Origin: an uncultured Acidobacteriota bacterium
Lineage (GTDB): Bacteria; Acidobacteriota; Terriglobia; Terriglobales; Acidobacteriaceae
Assembly: GCA_963777415.1 (NCBI GenBank)
Contig: CAVZQL010000009.1
Coordinates: 122,457 to 186,456, forward strand
DNA length: 64,000 bases
Reading direction: 5' to 3'
The stretch's first letter is position 1. Each line of letters begins with the position of its first letter. Below the pieces are notes generated by a model. That model worked only from the letters and a program-made list of their open reading frames with translations, was not told the origin of the DNA and did no database searches. The translations under genes were made by a program, and so were the position numbers. Below, piece after piece: positions 8,592 to 17,882 of the stretch.

Positions 8592-10655
8592 TTAGTAATC
8601 AGCCCTTGTGATGTTTAGGCGCCGCATCTTGTTCTGTAGGGTAGTCCGCTTGAGTCCGAGGCGCTCTGCGGCGCCTCCGTTTCCGGAGATCCGCCCTGAA
8701 GCCGCCTTGAGGGCGGAGACGATGGCCTGGCGCTCGGCGTCATGGAAGCTGGAAACGAGTTCCGCGCCACGCCCACTGGTTTTACTGAGTTCTGACAGCG
8801 GAACATTCAACTCTTCGCCTTGCGTCAGAATGACAGCTCGCTCAACGAAGTTCTCCAATTCGCGAATGTTGCCCGGCCACGGCGCATTTGCCAGTGCTTC
8901 CATCGCATGCTTGGGGATGGACTTGATGCGTTTTTGCATTCGACGGGCCAATCGCGACACGAAGAAATGGACGAGAAGAGGGATATCCTCGCGACGTTCA
9001 CGAAGCGGGGGGATCTCGATAGGGAACACATTCAGCCGGTAGAACAAATCTTCGCGAAACTGGTTCTCACGGATCATCGCGTGAAGGTCACGATGGGTAG
9101 CAGTGATCAAGCGAACGTCAACGCTGATAGTCCTCCCGCTGCCCAGGCGCTCGAACTCTCGTTCCTGCAATGCTCGCAGTAGCTTCGGCTGTAATTCGAG
9201 GCTGATGTCGCCGATCTCGTCCAGGAACAGCGAGCCGTGGTCGGCCAACTCGAAGCGACCACGTTTCTGCATGAGCGCACCGGTGAATGCGCCTTTCTCG
9301 TGGCCAAACAGTTCGCTCTCCACCAGACCGGAAGGAATCGCTGCACAGTTGAGCCTGACGAAAGTTCGGTCTTTTCTGGGACTCAGACTGTGGATCGCAC
9401 GCGCGATCAGTTCCTTTCCGGTGCCGGTCTCGCCGTGGAGCAAGACCGTGGATGAAGTCGGAGCCACGATAGAGATCTGGTCCAGCACTTTGCGCAGCGC
9501 CGCGCTCTTCCCGACGATGTCTTCGAAGTTGTATTCAGAACGGATTTCCGATTCGAGGTACAGGCGCTCTTCTTCAAGGCGGTGTTTGGAGGCGTTCAGT
9601 CGGCCGAACGCGATCGCGTTCTCCATCGACAAAGCGATCTGGCTGCTGATCTGCGACAACAAGTCCAGATCTGCCTGCCGGAAGCTGTCTGGGTGACGAC
9701 TGCCCATGGTGATCACGCCCAGTGGGCCATTAGCCGTCGCAAGCGGAGCTAGTGCGATCGTCCTGATGGATTCAGCTTCCAACGGTTTACGGAACAGCGA
9801 TGGAAGGTTCTCAATACCATCGCTCGACAGAATTTCATGAGTTCGAGCGCGCATCTTTTCCATATCCTCATCGGTGATCTCCGATACGGGTAGGTCGGCG
9901 AGGAACCCCCTGCTGCTGGGGAAGTCCATGCTGGCGCACTCGAGCTTGTTCGATTCCTTGTCGATGATCCAAAAGCCGGTGAAGTCATTGGCGAAGTATT
10001 TTCGCAACGAAGATGAAGCCGAACAAAACAGCTCGTTCATGTCCAACTTCGAAACAACGTAGTTGTTGATCTCGAGAAGCAGCTTGAGGCGATCACGCTC
10101 CTGCGCGAGTTGGCGCTCGTACGCTCCCGCCGTGTCGATGGCGACGGCACTCTCGATGGCAAGCGCGACGTGCGAGGCCATCGAAGTCATCAGTTCCACT
10201 TCTTCGTCCGTGAACCGTCTCTTTTCAGCGCTGCCAAAGACCAAGGCCCCGAGTCTTCTTCGATGGGTCGAGATCGGGAACAAACACATACTTTGCAGTT
10301 CAACCAGAGGCACACGCGACCGCAGCTCTGGGATTTTCAGCAGTTCGCTTCTCGGGTCGTCGATGAATGCCGGCGTCTGCTCGTCGATTGCACGTCCGAG
10401 TGCCGTACCCGAAAGGGTGATTCGGGGGCTTGGGTTCGGGAGATCGGGAAGGTCGGGAGAACCGTCGAATGCGACGATTCGAGCAGAGCCGGACTGTGAC
10501 TCCAGCAGGAGGAGAGCGGCCAGATCAAAAACGATCACCTGGGATAGAAGCTTGCGCAAGCTGTGCAGGACCGCTTCAACGGTCGGTTGCTCTGCTACAG
10601 TGCTGGATACATCAAGTAAAGTCCGGTAGCGTTCTTCGGTTGCGATGGTCATCAT
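8592..10655 (-). CDS. sigma-54-dependent transcriptional activator, GAF-GAF-AAA+-Fis HTH (FhlA-like architecture)
   Basis: [15 protein letters not shown] (Walker A), [15 protein letters not shown] (GAFTGA sigma-54 contact loop), C-terminal [26 protein letters not shown]. About 380 N-terminal residues have two GAF-like regions. Confidence 0.9.
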   Translation of the reverse strand: MMTIATEERYRTLLDVSSTVAEQPTVEAVLHSLRKLLSQVIVFDLAALLLLESQSGSARIVAFDGSPDLPDLPNPSPRITLSGTALGRAIDEQTPAFIDDPRSELLKIPELRSRVPLVELQSMCLFPISTHRRRLGALVFGSAEKRRFTDEEVELMTSMASHVALAIESAVAIDTAGAYERQLAQERDRLKLLLEINNYVVSKLDMNELFCSASSSLRKYFANDFTGFWIIDKESNKLECASMDFPSSRGFLADLPVSEITDEDMEKMRARTHEILSSDGIENLPSLFRKPLEAESIRTIALAPLATANGPLGVITMGSRHPDSFRQADLDLLSQISSQIALSMENAIAFGRLNASKHRLEEERLYLESEIRSEYNFEDIVGKSAALRKVLDQISIVAPTSSTVLLHGETGTGKELIARAIHSLSPRKDRTFVRLNCAAIPSGLVESELFGHEKGAFTGALMQKRGRFELADHGSLFLDEIGDISLELQPKLLRALQEREFERLGSGRTISVDVRLITATHRDLHAMIRENQFREDLFYRLNVFPIEIPPLRERREDIPLLVHFFVSRLARRMQKRIKSIPKHAMEALANAPWPGNIRELENFVERAVILTQGEELNVPLSELSKTSGRGAELVSSFHDAERQAIVSALKAASGRISGNGGAAERLGLKRTTLQNKMRRLNITRADY

Positions 10656-10747
10656 GTCTTTTTTTTGAAATCACTTCCCAAATAGCCGGCTAGAAACAGC
10701 ATACCTTTCAGTACACAGCACGTCCTTGGCTAACATCCGCAATGACC

Positions 10748-11338
10748 TCAGTTGCACACCGCAGCGTAAGCACAGCACTCTACGAGCATCTGACAATACA
10801 TCGATTCCAGGCACTCAAGGGCAGCGCAGTAGGCTGCTTCGACTGCAGTGCTGCTGACGCCCAGCAACAGAGCAGCTCCAAGCAAGGTACACTTTTCGAC
10901 GCCGCACAAGATCAGGGCGAAACGGGAGAGGATATCCAACCGCATCTCAAGCGCGTCGGAATTTTGAATTAAAGAGTCGAGGAGATCGCCAGCAACTTGT
11001 GGATGACATCGATGAGCGCACGTGCGGCGTTCGTAACTGACAGCTAGTTCTGAAATGCGCCATTGCCGGATCTCGATTGCTGACCTGATAGTAGCGACGC
11101 GCGTCCAGCGTATAAGCCCCTTTTGAAGTACCTGGTCTTGTGCGGTCGCGATATCCACGCTTGCGCTGCCGGATGCGTCGATGACGCAAGCCTCTGCCAC
11201 CTCATCATTACCGGTCAGAAATCCAGCAAGCCACCTGAGTTCGTCCCGATACGACTTGAACGCTCCGCTGATTTCTTCTGCTGTGGCTACCTTCGAAAAG
11301 ATCTCGTCTAATCCGACGGTAATGACTTCGGTTTTCAT
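10748..11338 (-). CDS. divergent ECF-type sigma-factor-like protein, paralog 1 (Cys-rich C-terminus)
   Basis: YRDELRWLAGFLTGNDEVAEACVIDA resembles ECF region 2.1/2.2. WTRVATIRSAIEIRQ resembles region 2.3/2.4. RLDILSRFALILCGVEKCTLLGAALLLGVSSTAVEAAYCAALECL resembles the region 4 HTH. Clear paralogs at 47422-48012 and 57658-58239. Confidence 0.55.
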   Translation of the reverse strand: MKTEVITVGLDEIFSKVATAEEISGAFKSYRDELRWLAGFLTGNDEVAEACVIDASGSASVDIATAQDQVLQKGLIRWTRVATIRSAIEIRQWRISELAVSYERRTCAHRCHPQVAGDLLDSLIQNSDALEMRLDILSRFALILCGVEKCTLLGAALLLGVSSTAVEAAYCAALECLESMYCQMLVECCAYAAVCN

Positions 11339-11364
11339 AAATGACCCTTCCCACCATAAGCCAC

Positions 11365-11380
11365 AGCAAAACCAGTGCCA
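11365..11380 (-). promoter_or_regulatory. sigma-54 promoter of ECF-like paralog 1 (and probably the downstream GAF activator gene)
   Basis: The minus strand reads TGGCACTGGTTTTGCT, a full TGGCAC-N5-TTGC consensus. Predicted start ~16 nt before ATG 11338. Confidence 0.8.
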
Positions 11381-11453
11381 AATGTCCCGCTGCCGTTATG
11401 TCGCTGATTTTCAAGGAACGTCGCGGCAGGTCAGGCACCGGGCGTCTGCCCAA

Positions 11454-11471
11454 CTGCCCATATGCAGGCAC
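11454..11471. promoter_or_regulatory. putative enhancer (UAS) palindrome
   Basis: CTGCCC-ATATGC-AGGCAC (10/12), 84 bp upstream of the minus-strand GG at 11378-11379. A second CTGCCCA copy lies immediately 5-prime (11446-11452). Confidence 0.5.
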
Positions 11472-11645
11472 CACAGTCTCCGAGAACGGATTGACGACCT
11501 CTGCGCATTGTCAAACAGTGGCGCGGTCAGGCTTCTTCCTTCAGGAGAGTGCCCTTTTACAGGCAGCGCGCAAGCACGTCCCATGGGCCAGACTGCCCCG
11601 CACCAAGCACTTAAGGCCGCATTGCGGTTCGGTACTCGACGTTGT

Positions 11646-11663
11646 CTGCCCGTATTTCGGCAC
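11646..11663. promoter_or_regulatory. putative enhancer (UAS) palindrome
   Basis: CTGCCC-GTATTT-CGGCAC (10/12), 74 bp upstream of the GG at 11728. Confidence 0.45.
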
Positions 11664-11726
11664 CGGGACTATGTGCGGCCACAACGTCTAAGTCGTGTTT
11701 TCAAGTAGTTGCCAGAAGTGCCCGAT

Positions 11727-11742
11727 TGGCAAGCGATATGCA
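11727..11742 (+). promoter_or_regulatory. sigma-54-type promoter of the TolC-MFP-RND operon
   Basis: TGGCAAGCGATATGCA. Predicted start ~36 nt before ATG 11789 (GAGG RBS in the leader). Confidence 0.65.
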
Positions 11743-11788
11743 CTAGCGAAGCTCCGTATAGCACGACATTGGTTCAGCTGAGGTTGAA

Positions 11789-13147
11789 ATGAAAGCCAAG
11801 CATTTTCTCTTGATCTTGATGTTTGCGATTGCCGTTCCTGGGATTTCGCAGGGGCAGTCGCAAGCATCTCCGCCGGCATCCGAACCGCCACTGCTCACGA
11901 TGGATGATGCAGTCTCTCTCGCCGTGAAGAATAACCGCCTGGTGAAGAACTCTGCGCTGGAAGCGCAGAAGTTCGACTTCCGACTAGCCACTGCACGCAC
12001 TCGGCGGTTGCCCAATATGCAATTTGCGGTTTTAGGCGGCGAGTTGCTGCAGCCATTTGACTACACGTTCAACAAAGGTGCGTTTGGAACGTTTTCCAGC
12101 ACGGGGCCGATACCGGCGAGCGATACCAAGATCCACAACCCGGCAACCTTTACGGCGTACATAAATGGCGGAATAACCGAACCCCTTTTGCAGCAATACA
12201 AGATTGGACTTGGGATCCGTGCAACGGAGATCGGAAAACAGATCGCTCGTGAAGATGTCCGCGCCGAACGCATTAAAGTCGCCGCCGAAGTCCGTACCGC
12301 CTACTTCCAGATGGTCGCCACACAGGCGGGCGTGGAGGCAGCGCGTGAACAGGTGAAGACGCTGAAAGAGGCACAGCGGGTCACGTCTGAGTACAGGGCG
12401 CAACAAGCAGTGCTCCGCGCCGACGCCCTGGACGTCGATGCACGTCTGGCCAAGAGCGTGTACGAGCTGTCGACGGTGGAAAATGGACTCGCAACACAGC
12501 GCGAATACTTGAATCAACTGTTGGGGCGCGATCTAACAACGCAGTTCCGCGTTGACGAAACACCTGAAAACGAGGCGCCGGACATGAATCTCGCAGCGGC
12601 GCGCCAGCAAGCTCTGGGAAACCGTCCTGAGATCCGGCAAGCGCACCTCAAGGAGAAGCAGGCGGAATACGATCGCCGTATCGCCAAAGCGGACTACCTT
12701 CCCGACCTCAGCCTGGCCGTGCAGTACCTCGGAGTGCAAAACGTTCAGGTGCTACCCGCAAATGTCGCAGTAGCCGGATTCCTTTTGACGTGGGAGCCCT
12801 TCGATTGGGGACGTAAACGCAACAACGTCGCCGAGAAGGCAAAGACCGTGGAACAGGCCCGCAATGGGGCACAAGAGACAGAGTCGATGATCGCGGTGGA
12901 AGTCGGAATGAAGTATCGCAAGTGGCAGGAGGCTGCGTTGCTGCTCAAGGCGTCTCGCATTTCGCAGCAGGCGTCGGCGGAGAAGTTCCGGGTGACCGGC
13001 AACAAGTACAAGGAGCAGGCAGCGCTCATAAAGGATCTGCTGCAGGCGCAGGCGCAGAGCGCAGAGGCTGGCTATAAGTATCAGCAGGCACTCTCCTCCT
13101 ACTGGAGTGCTTTTGCGGAATTACGTCGGGCGATGGGAGAAGAGTGA
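11789..13147 (+). CDS. TolC-family outer-membrane efflux protein
   Basis: Signal peptide MKAKHFLLILMFAIAVPGISQG; two-repeat coiled OEP pattern (LTMDDAVSLAVKNN...). First gene of an efflux triad. Confidence 0.85.
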   Translation: MKAKHFLLILMFAIAVPGISQGQSQASPPASEPPLLTMDDAVSLAVKNNRLVKNSALEAQKFDFRLATARTRRLPNMQFAVLGGELLQPFDYTFNKGAFGTFSSTGPIPASDTKIHNPATFTAYINGGITEPLLQQYKIGLGIRATEIGKQIAREDVRAERIKVAAEVRTAYFQMVATQAGVEAAREQVKTLKEAQRVTSEYRAQQAVLRADALDVDARLAKSVYELSTVENGLATQREYLNQLLGRDLTTQFRVDETPENEAPDMNLAAARQQALGNRPEIRQAHLKEKQAEYDRRIAKADYLPDLSLAVQYLGVQNVQVLPANVAVAGFLLTWEPFDWGRKRNNVAEKAKTVEQARNGAQETESMIAVEVGMKYRKWQEAALLLKASRISQQASAEKFRVTGNKYKEQAALIKDLLQAQAQSAEAGYKYQQALSSYWSAFAELRRAMGEE

Positions 13148-13148
13148 G

Positions 13149-14288
13149 ATGAAGAAATTGATGACGATGGCTTCGGTTGCAGTAGTGATAATGACGGCGG
13201 GAGCCGTGATGACGGGCTGTTCATCGCACGAGCGAATCGAACAGCCACCGCAAGGGGTTCAAGCGCGGGTAATCCAGCCGCATTCCAGCAGCGGTGATGC
13301 AGGTTTGCGCTTCTCCGCGGTTGTAATGCCCGATTCGCAAGTTCCGTTGGGATTCAGAATCCCCGGGTACGTTGTTTCGCTGAAGCAAGTGCGCGGCGAA
13401 AACGGCGGCATGCGCGACATCGGAGAAGGCGACGCAGTAAGCCAGGGCGCGGTCCTGGTGCGGATCCGCCCCGCTGAATATGAACAGAAGGTGCATCAAG
13501 CTTCATCGCAGGTCGAAGCCGCTGAAGCTGCTGCGCAGAGAGCCACGCTGGACTTCGAGCGCGCCAAGCGTCTCTATGACAGCCAGAGCATCACGAAGCC
13601 GGATTTCGACGCCGCGAAAGCGCAGTATGACGCCACACAGGCGGAAGTGCGAGCTGCTCGCGCCGGGACCAGTGAGGCGCAGATCGCCCTGCGCGATACG
13701 TCTCTCGTGGCTCCCTTCAATGGAGACATCGTCAAGAAGAACGTGGAACTCGGCGCGTTCGTCGGCCCTGGATCGCCCCTCCTCTCCATTGCTAAGACGG
13801 ACACGGTGAAAATTGTAATCGGTGTGCCTGACACGACGGTGCGGTCATTGAAGCTGGGTCAGCCCGTCGAGGTTTCGGTCGACGCATTCCCCAATCGCAC
13901 GTTTCACGCTCGCATCAGCCGCATGGCTTCGGCCGCAGATCCTTCAACGCGCAATTTCGAAGTCGAAGTTGCGATACCGAACCGCGACCACATGCTGAAG
14001 GTGGGCATGATCGGGTCGCTGCAATTCGCCAATGTCAGCGACGTTAAGCAAGACGCGTCCGTGATGATTCCTCTTTCGTCAATAGTTCAGGCGCGAGACG
14101 GTAAGTATGGCGTCTTCGTGGTTTCGCAATCCGGCACCGGAGAGACAGCGCAGCTTCGTCCGGTAGAAATCGGGACTGTGAACGGAACCGACATAACGGT
14201 AGTAAGCGGCTTGGCCATCGGCGACAGGATCGTCACCGACGGTGCAAATCTGCTTAAGGACGGACAGCCGGTGGAGGTCCTGAAGTGA
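13149..14288 (+). CDS. efflux RND transporter periplasmic adaptor (MFP/HlyD family)
   Basis: Lipoprotein-like MKKLMTMASVAVVIMTAGAVMTGC; coiled-coil hairpin; LVAPFNGDIVKKNVELGAFV beta-barrel motif. ATG 13149 follows the TolC stop by 1 nt. Confidence 0.85.
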   Translation: MKKLMTMASVAVVIMTAGAVMTGCSSHERIEQPPQGVQARVIQPHSSSGDAGLRFSAVVMPDSQVPLGFRIPGYVVSLKQVRGENGGMRDIGEGDAVSQGAVLVRIRPAEYEQKVHQASSQVEAAEAAAQRATLDFERAKRLYDSQSITKPDFDAAKAQYDATQAEVRAARAGTSEAQIALRDTSLVAPFNGDIVKKNVELGAFVGPGSPLLSIAKTDTVKIVIGVPDTTVRSLKLGQPVEVSVDAFPNRTFHARISRMASAADPSTRNFEVEVAIPNRDHMLKVGMIGSLQFANVSDVKQDASVMIPLSSIVQARDGKYGVFVVSQSGTGETAQLRPVEIGTVNGTDITVVSGLAIGDRIVTDGANLLKDGQPVEVLK

Positions 14289-17200
14289 AAAATTTCAACG
14301 ACAAAAACAGCCGAAACATCGCGCGGTTCTTTACGCAACACCGTCAGATCGCGTGGGTCGCTTTGGCCGCAACGCTGGCCTGGGGCGTGTTCGGCTACAT
14401 GAACATGCCCAAGCGCAAAGACCCCGACATACCTGTGCGCATTGCACTTGCGATCTGCCCGTGGCCCGGTATCCCCGCAGACAAGGTTGAGCAGCTGGTG
14501 ACCCGGAAGATCGAGCAGGCCGCCACCGGGAACAGCAAAGTCGATCGCGTGGAATCCAACACGCAGGACAACATCTCCGTCGTGACGGTGAGGCTGCTCG
14601 ACAACATCAAGAACACGCAACAGGAATTCCAGGACATCGGGCAGCGATTGCAGCAGATCAACGATCTGCCCCAGGGGGCGGGTCCAATCACGTGGATCAG
14701 CGACTTCGGCGACACCGCGGCACTCATGCTGACGGTGGCCAGTCCGCCCATACCGGATATGGAGATCGAGTTGCGCGCGCGCGGCGTGCGCGAAGCCATT
14801 GAGCAAGCGCGCGGCGGAAAGCCGAACCGGGTGTCCGTACTGTATTGCTATCCGGCGTCGGTCTCGCCCGCGGTCGTCCAGCGCCCCTTTGCGATTTTCG
14901 GCGATCAGGCCCAACGCGATGGCATAGCGCGCGATGTGCGTCCCGTATCCGAGGGTAGCTGTTCCGGCATAGATTTTGCCACGACGAAGTCGGACGACGA
15001 AATCGGTGCTTACGGTCAGCAGTTTGTGCGGAAGCGGCTGCAAGAGTACGACTTCCACCCTGACTCATGGGGGCCGATCATCATCCGCGACCCGCAGACA
15101 ACTAAGGAACGCATCGCGGCGGTGGCCAGCAATCGTTACTCCTATCGCCAGCTTGACGACTACACCGATCTGATTCAACGCACGTTGCAGCGCGTGCCCG
15201 AGGTCGCGAAGGTTCAGCGGGCCGGCGTGTTGGGCGAGGCAATCTACCTGGAGTACTCGGACGACCGCCTGGCCGCCTTCAAGATGCAGCCGAGCAAGCT
15301 GAAAGACATTCTGGCTGCTCGGAACATTACGGCTCCGGGCGGACAGATTCAGACGCAATCGCGGAACGTCCTGATCGACCCGACAGGGGAATTCAAGAGC
15401 ACGAAGGAAATCGGCAACGTGCTGGTTGGGGCATCGTCCGATGGGGTGCCGGTGTATCTACGCGACCTCGTCGACGTTTCGCGCGGGTACCAGAGTCCGA
15501 CGCGTTACTTGAACTACATGACGTATCGCGATGCGAGCGGCAACTGGCATCGCAACCGCGCCATCACCCTGGCCGTGCAGATGCGGTCAGGAGAGCAGAT
15601 CTTCAAGTTTGGCGAGGCCGTAGACAAGGCGCTCGCCACCGTGCGCCCGCAACTGCCTGCCGACCTGATTCTTGCTCGCACTTCGGATCAGCCGAAACAA
15701 GTGAAGGATCTTGTTAGTCTGCTGATGTCGAGTCTCTACGAGGCCATTGTGCTCGTCGTCATCGTCGCACTGGTCGGTTTCTGGGACTGGCGTGCCGCTG
15801 CCTTGATGGCCGCGTCGATTCCTCTGACTTTGGCGATGACCTTCGGCATCGTTCACGTTCTCGGCATCGATATTCAACAGGTTTCCATTGCGACGCTGAT
15901 CATAGCTCTCGGCCTGCTGGTGGACATGCCTGTCGTAGCAGGAGATGCCATCAAACGCGAGTTGGCGTCCGGTTCACCCAGGGACCTTGCGTCCTGGATT
16001 GGGCCGACGAAGCTGGCAAAGGCAATCGTGTTTGCCACCGTCACGAACATCGTGGCCTATCTGCCTTTCCTGATGCTGACAGGCGACACCTATTTCTTCC
16101 TTTACAGTTTGCCCGTTGTGATGACTTGCACACTGATCGCGTCGGTAATCGTGTCGTTCACGTTCATGCCGTTGATCGCGTATTACTTGATCAAGCCGCC
16201 GAAAAAGGCGGAAGAGCCCATGGCCCAGCGGCGTTCTCACGGGTTCCCGGGATTCTACTACCGCGTAGGTGATTTCTGCCTCGGACACCGGTGGGGTGTC
16301 TTCGCCGGCTCACTGCTATTCCTGGTTCTCGGTGGGTTCTTGTTTTCCAGGTTGACCCCACAGTTCTTCCCCAAGGACCTCTCGTATCTCTCGTATGTGG
16401 ATGTCTGGCTTCCTCCGGACGCGCCGCTAGGTGCGACCGATGCTGCCGCAAAGCAAGCCGAAACTGTCATTCGCGCGGAGGCCGAGCGGTTTGGGAAGGA
16501 ACATCACGTTAAAGACGTGTTGAAGAGTGTCACCACGTTCGACGGCGGCGGCGGGCCGCGCTTCTGGTTCTCGGTGGACCCGGAGCAGCAGCAACTGAAT
16601 TACGCGCAGCTCATTATCGAGGTAACCGACAAGCACTTAACGAACGAACTGGTCGGTCCCTTGCAGACGGCGCTGAGCCGTGATGTGCCCGGAGCCCGAG
16701 TCGACGTGCGCCAGCTCGAAACCGGCAAACCGGTCGGGATCCCCATTTCGGTACGGATTTCCGGCGCCGATGAAAAGGTGTTGCACCAGCTCTCGAGCGA
16801 AATGCAGGCGATGTTCCGTTCTCAGCCAAACGCCGCCCGTGTACGCGATGACTGGGGAGAACCCGCGATGGCCGTTCGCTTGAGGGTGGACCCCGATCGC
16901 GCAAACCTCTCCGGAGTTACCAATCTCGACGTCGCCTTGTCCTCGACCGCCGCAATGACCGGATTGCCTGTCTCCACTTACCGCGAGCTGGACAAACAGA
17001 TTCCGATCGAGGCCCGCTTGCGAATGGAGGAGCGCGCCGGACTGTCTGACGTTCAAAACACGTACGTGTACTCCTCGACCAGCAACCAGCGGGTGCCTCT
17101 CCGGCAGGTATCGGACGTCACCACTGAGATGAAAATCCCCAAGATCAAACGCCGTAACCAGTTCCGCACCGTAACAGTTTCGGCGTTCCCAGTCCCGGGT

Positions 17201-17881
17201 GTGTTGCCATCTCAAGTTCTCACACCGCTTCTGCCGAAGATCAAGGAGTTCCAGAAGAAACTTCCCCCCGGATATTTCCTGGAGTTCGGTGGCGAGTATG
17301 AGGAACAGGTGAAAGGCTTCAAGCAACTCAGCGTTGTGATGGCCGTTTCGGTAATGCTCATTTACCTTGCCCTGGTCCTCCAGTTCAAAAATGCGATCAA
17401 ACCGCTTCTCGTGTTCGCTGCTATTCCGTACGGCATGACGGGAGCGTTCGCCGGCCTCGTCATCATGGGCCAGCCATTCGGATTCATGGGCTTCCTGGGA
17501 GTAGCGAGCCTCGTGGGCGTGATCGTCAGCCACGTGATCGTGCTGTTCGATTTCATCGAAGAAGCGCATGAACGCGGAGCGCCGTTGCGAGAAGCGCTGC
17601 TCGATGCCGGAATCGTGCGACTGCGCCCCGTGATGATCACGGTCGGTGCAACCGTACTCGGACTCGTGCCGCTGGCCATGCACGGCGGACCGCTGTGGGA
17701 GCCACTCTGCTACGCGCAGATCGGCGGCCTCACCGTCGCAACGTTCGTCACGCTGCTGCTTGTGCCGGTGCTGTACTCGATCTTCGTGCTGGACCTGAAG
17801 CTGATCAAGTGGGGGGAGAAGGAACACGAGGCCATCCCGAACGAAGCGATTGCGACCCAGGGTACAGCGAGTGGGGACTAA
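14285..17881 (+). CDS. efflux RND transporter permease (AcrB/HAE family, 1198 aa)
   Basis: Size, 12-TM pattern with two large periplasmic loops, typical N-terminus IARFFTQHRQIAWVALAATLAWGVFGY. 4-nt overlap with the adaptor gene. Confidence 0.9.
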   Translation: MKNFNDKNSRNIARFFTQHRQIAWVALAATLAWGVFGYMNMPKRKDPDIPVRIALAICPWPGIPADKVEQLVTRKIEQAATGNSKVDRVESNTQDNISVVTVRLLDNIKNTQQEFQDIGQRLQQINDLPQGAGPITWISDFGDTAALMLTVASPPIPDMEIELRARGVREAIEQARGGKPNRVSVLYCYPASVSPAVVQRPFAIFGDQAQRDGIARDVRPVSEGSCSGIDFATTKSDDEIGAYGQQFVRKRLQEYDFHPDSWGPIIIRDPQTTKERIAAVASNRYSYRQLDDYTDLIQRTLQRVPEVAKVQRAGVLGEAIYLEYSDDRLAAFKMQPSKLKDILAARNITAPGGQIQTQSRNVLIDPTGEFKSTKEIGNVLVGASSDGVPVYLRDLVDVSRGYQSPTRYLNYMTYRDASGNWHRNRAITLAVQMRSGEQIFKFGEAVDKALATVRPQLPADLILARTSDQPKQVKDLVSLLMSSLYEAIVLVVIVALVGFWDWRAAALMAASIPLTLAMTFGIVHVLGIDIQQVSIATLIIALGLLVDMPVVAGDAIKRELASGSPRDLASWIGPTKLAKAIVFATVTNIVAYLPFLMLTGDTYFFLYSLPVVMTCTLIASVIVSFTFMPLIAYYLIKPPKKAEEPMAQRRSHGFPGFYYRVGDFCLGHRWGVFAGSLLFLVLGGFLFSRLTPQFFPKDLSYLSYVDVWLPPDAPLGATDAAAKQAETVIRAEAERFGKEHHVKDVLKSVTTFDGGGGPRFWFSVDPEQQQLNYAQLIIEVTDKHLTNELVGPLQTALSRDVPGARVDVRQLETGKPVGIPISVRISGADEKVLHQLSSEMQAMFRSQPNAARVRDDWGEPAMAVRLRVDPDRANLSGVTNLDVALSSTAAMTGLPVSTYRELDKQIPIEARLRMEERAGLSDVQNTYVYSSTSNQRVPLRQVSDVTTEMKIPKIKRRNQFRTVTVSAFPVPGVLPSQVLTPLLPKIKEFQKKLPPGYFLEFGGEYEEQVKGFKQLSVVMAVSVMLIYLALVLQFKNAIKPLLVFAAIPYGMTGAFAGLVIMGQPFGFMGFLGVASLVGVIVSHVIVLFDFIEEAHERGAPLREALLDAGIVRLRPVMITVGATVLGLVPLAMHGGPLWEPLCYAQIGGLTVATFVTLLLVPVLYSIFVLDLKLIKWGEKEHEAIPNEAIATQGTASGD

Positions 17882-17882
17882 C

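Noticed and set aside
11446-11456. The 11-mer CTGCCCAACTG occurs both here and at 29966-29976, in two promoter regions.
   Set aside because: It may be an extra half-site of the palindrome. A single shared 11-mer between two ~400-bp regions is only mildly unlikely by chance, and it lacks a symmetric partner at 29966, so it is not called as a site.
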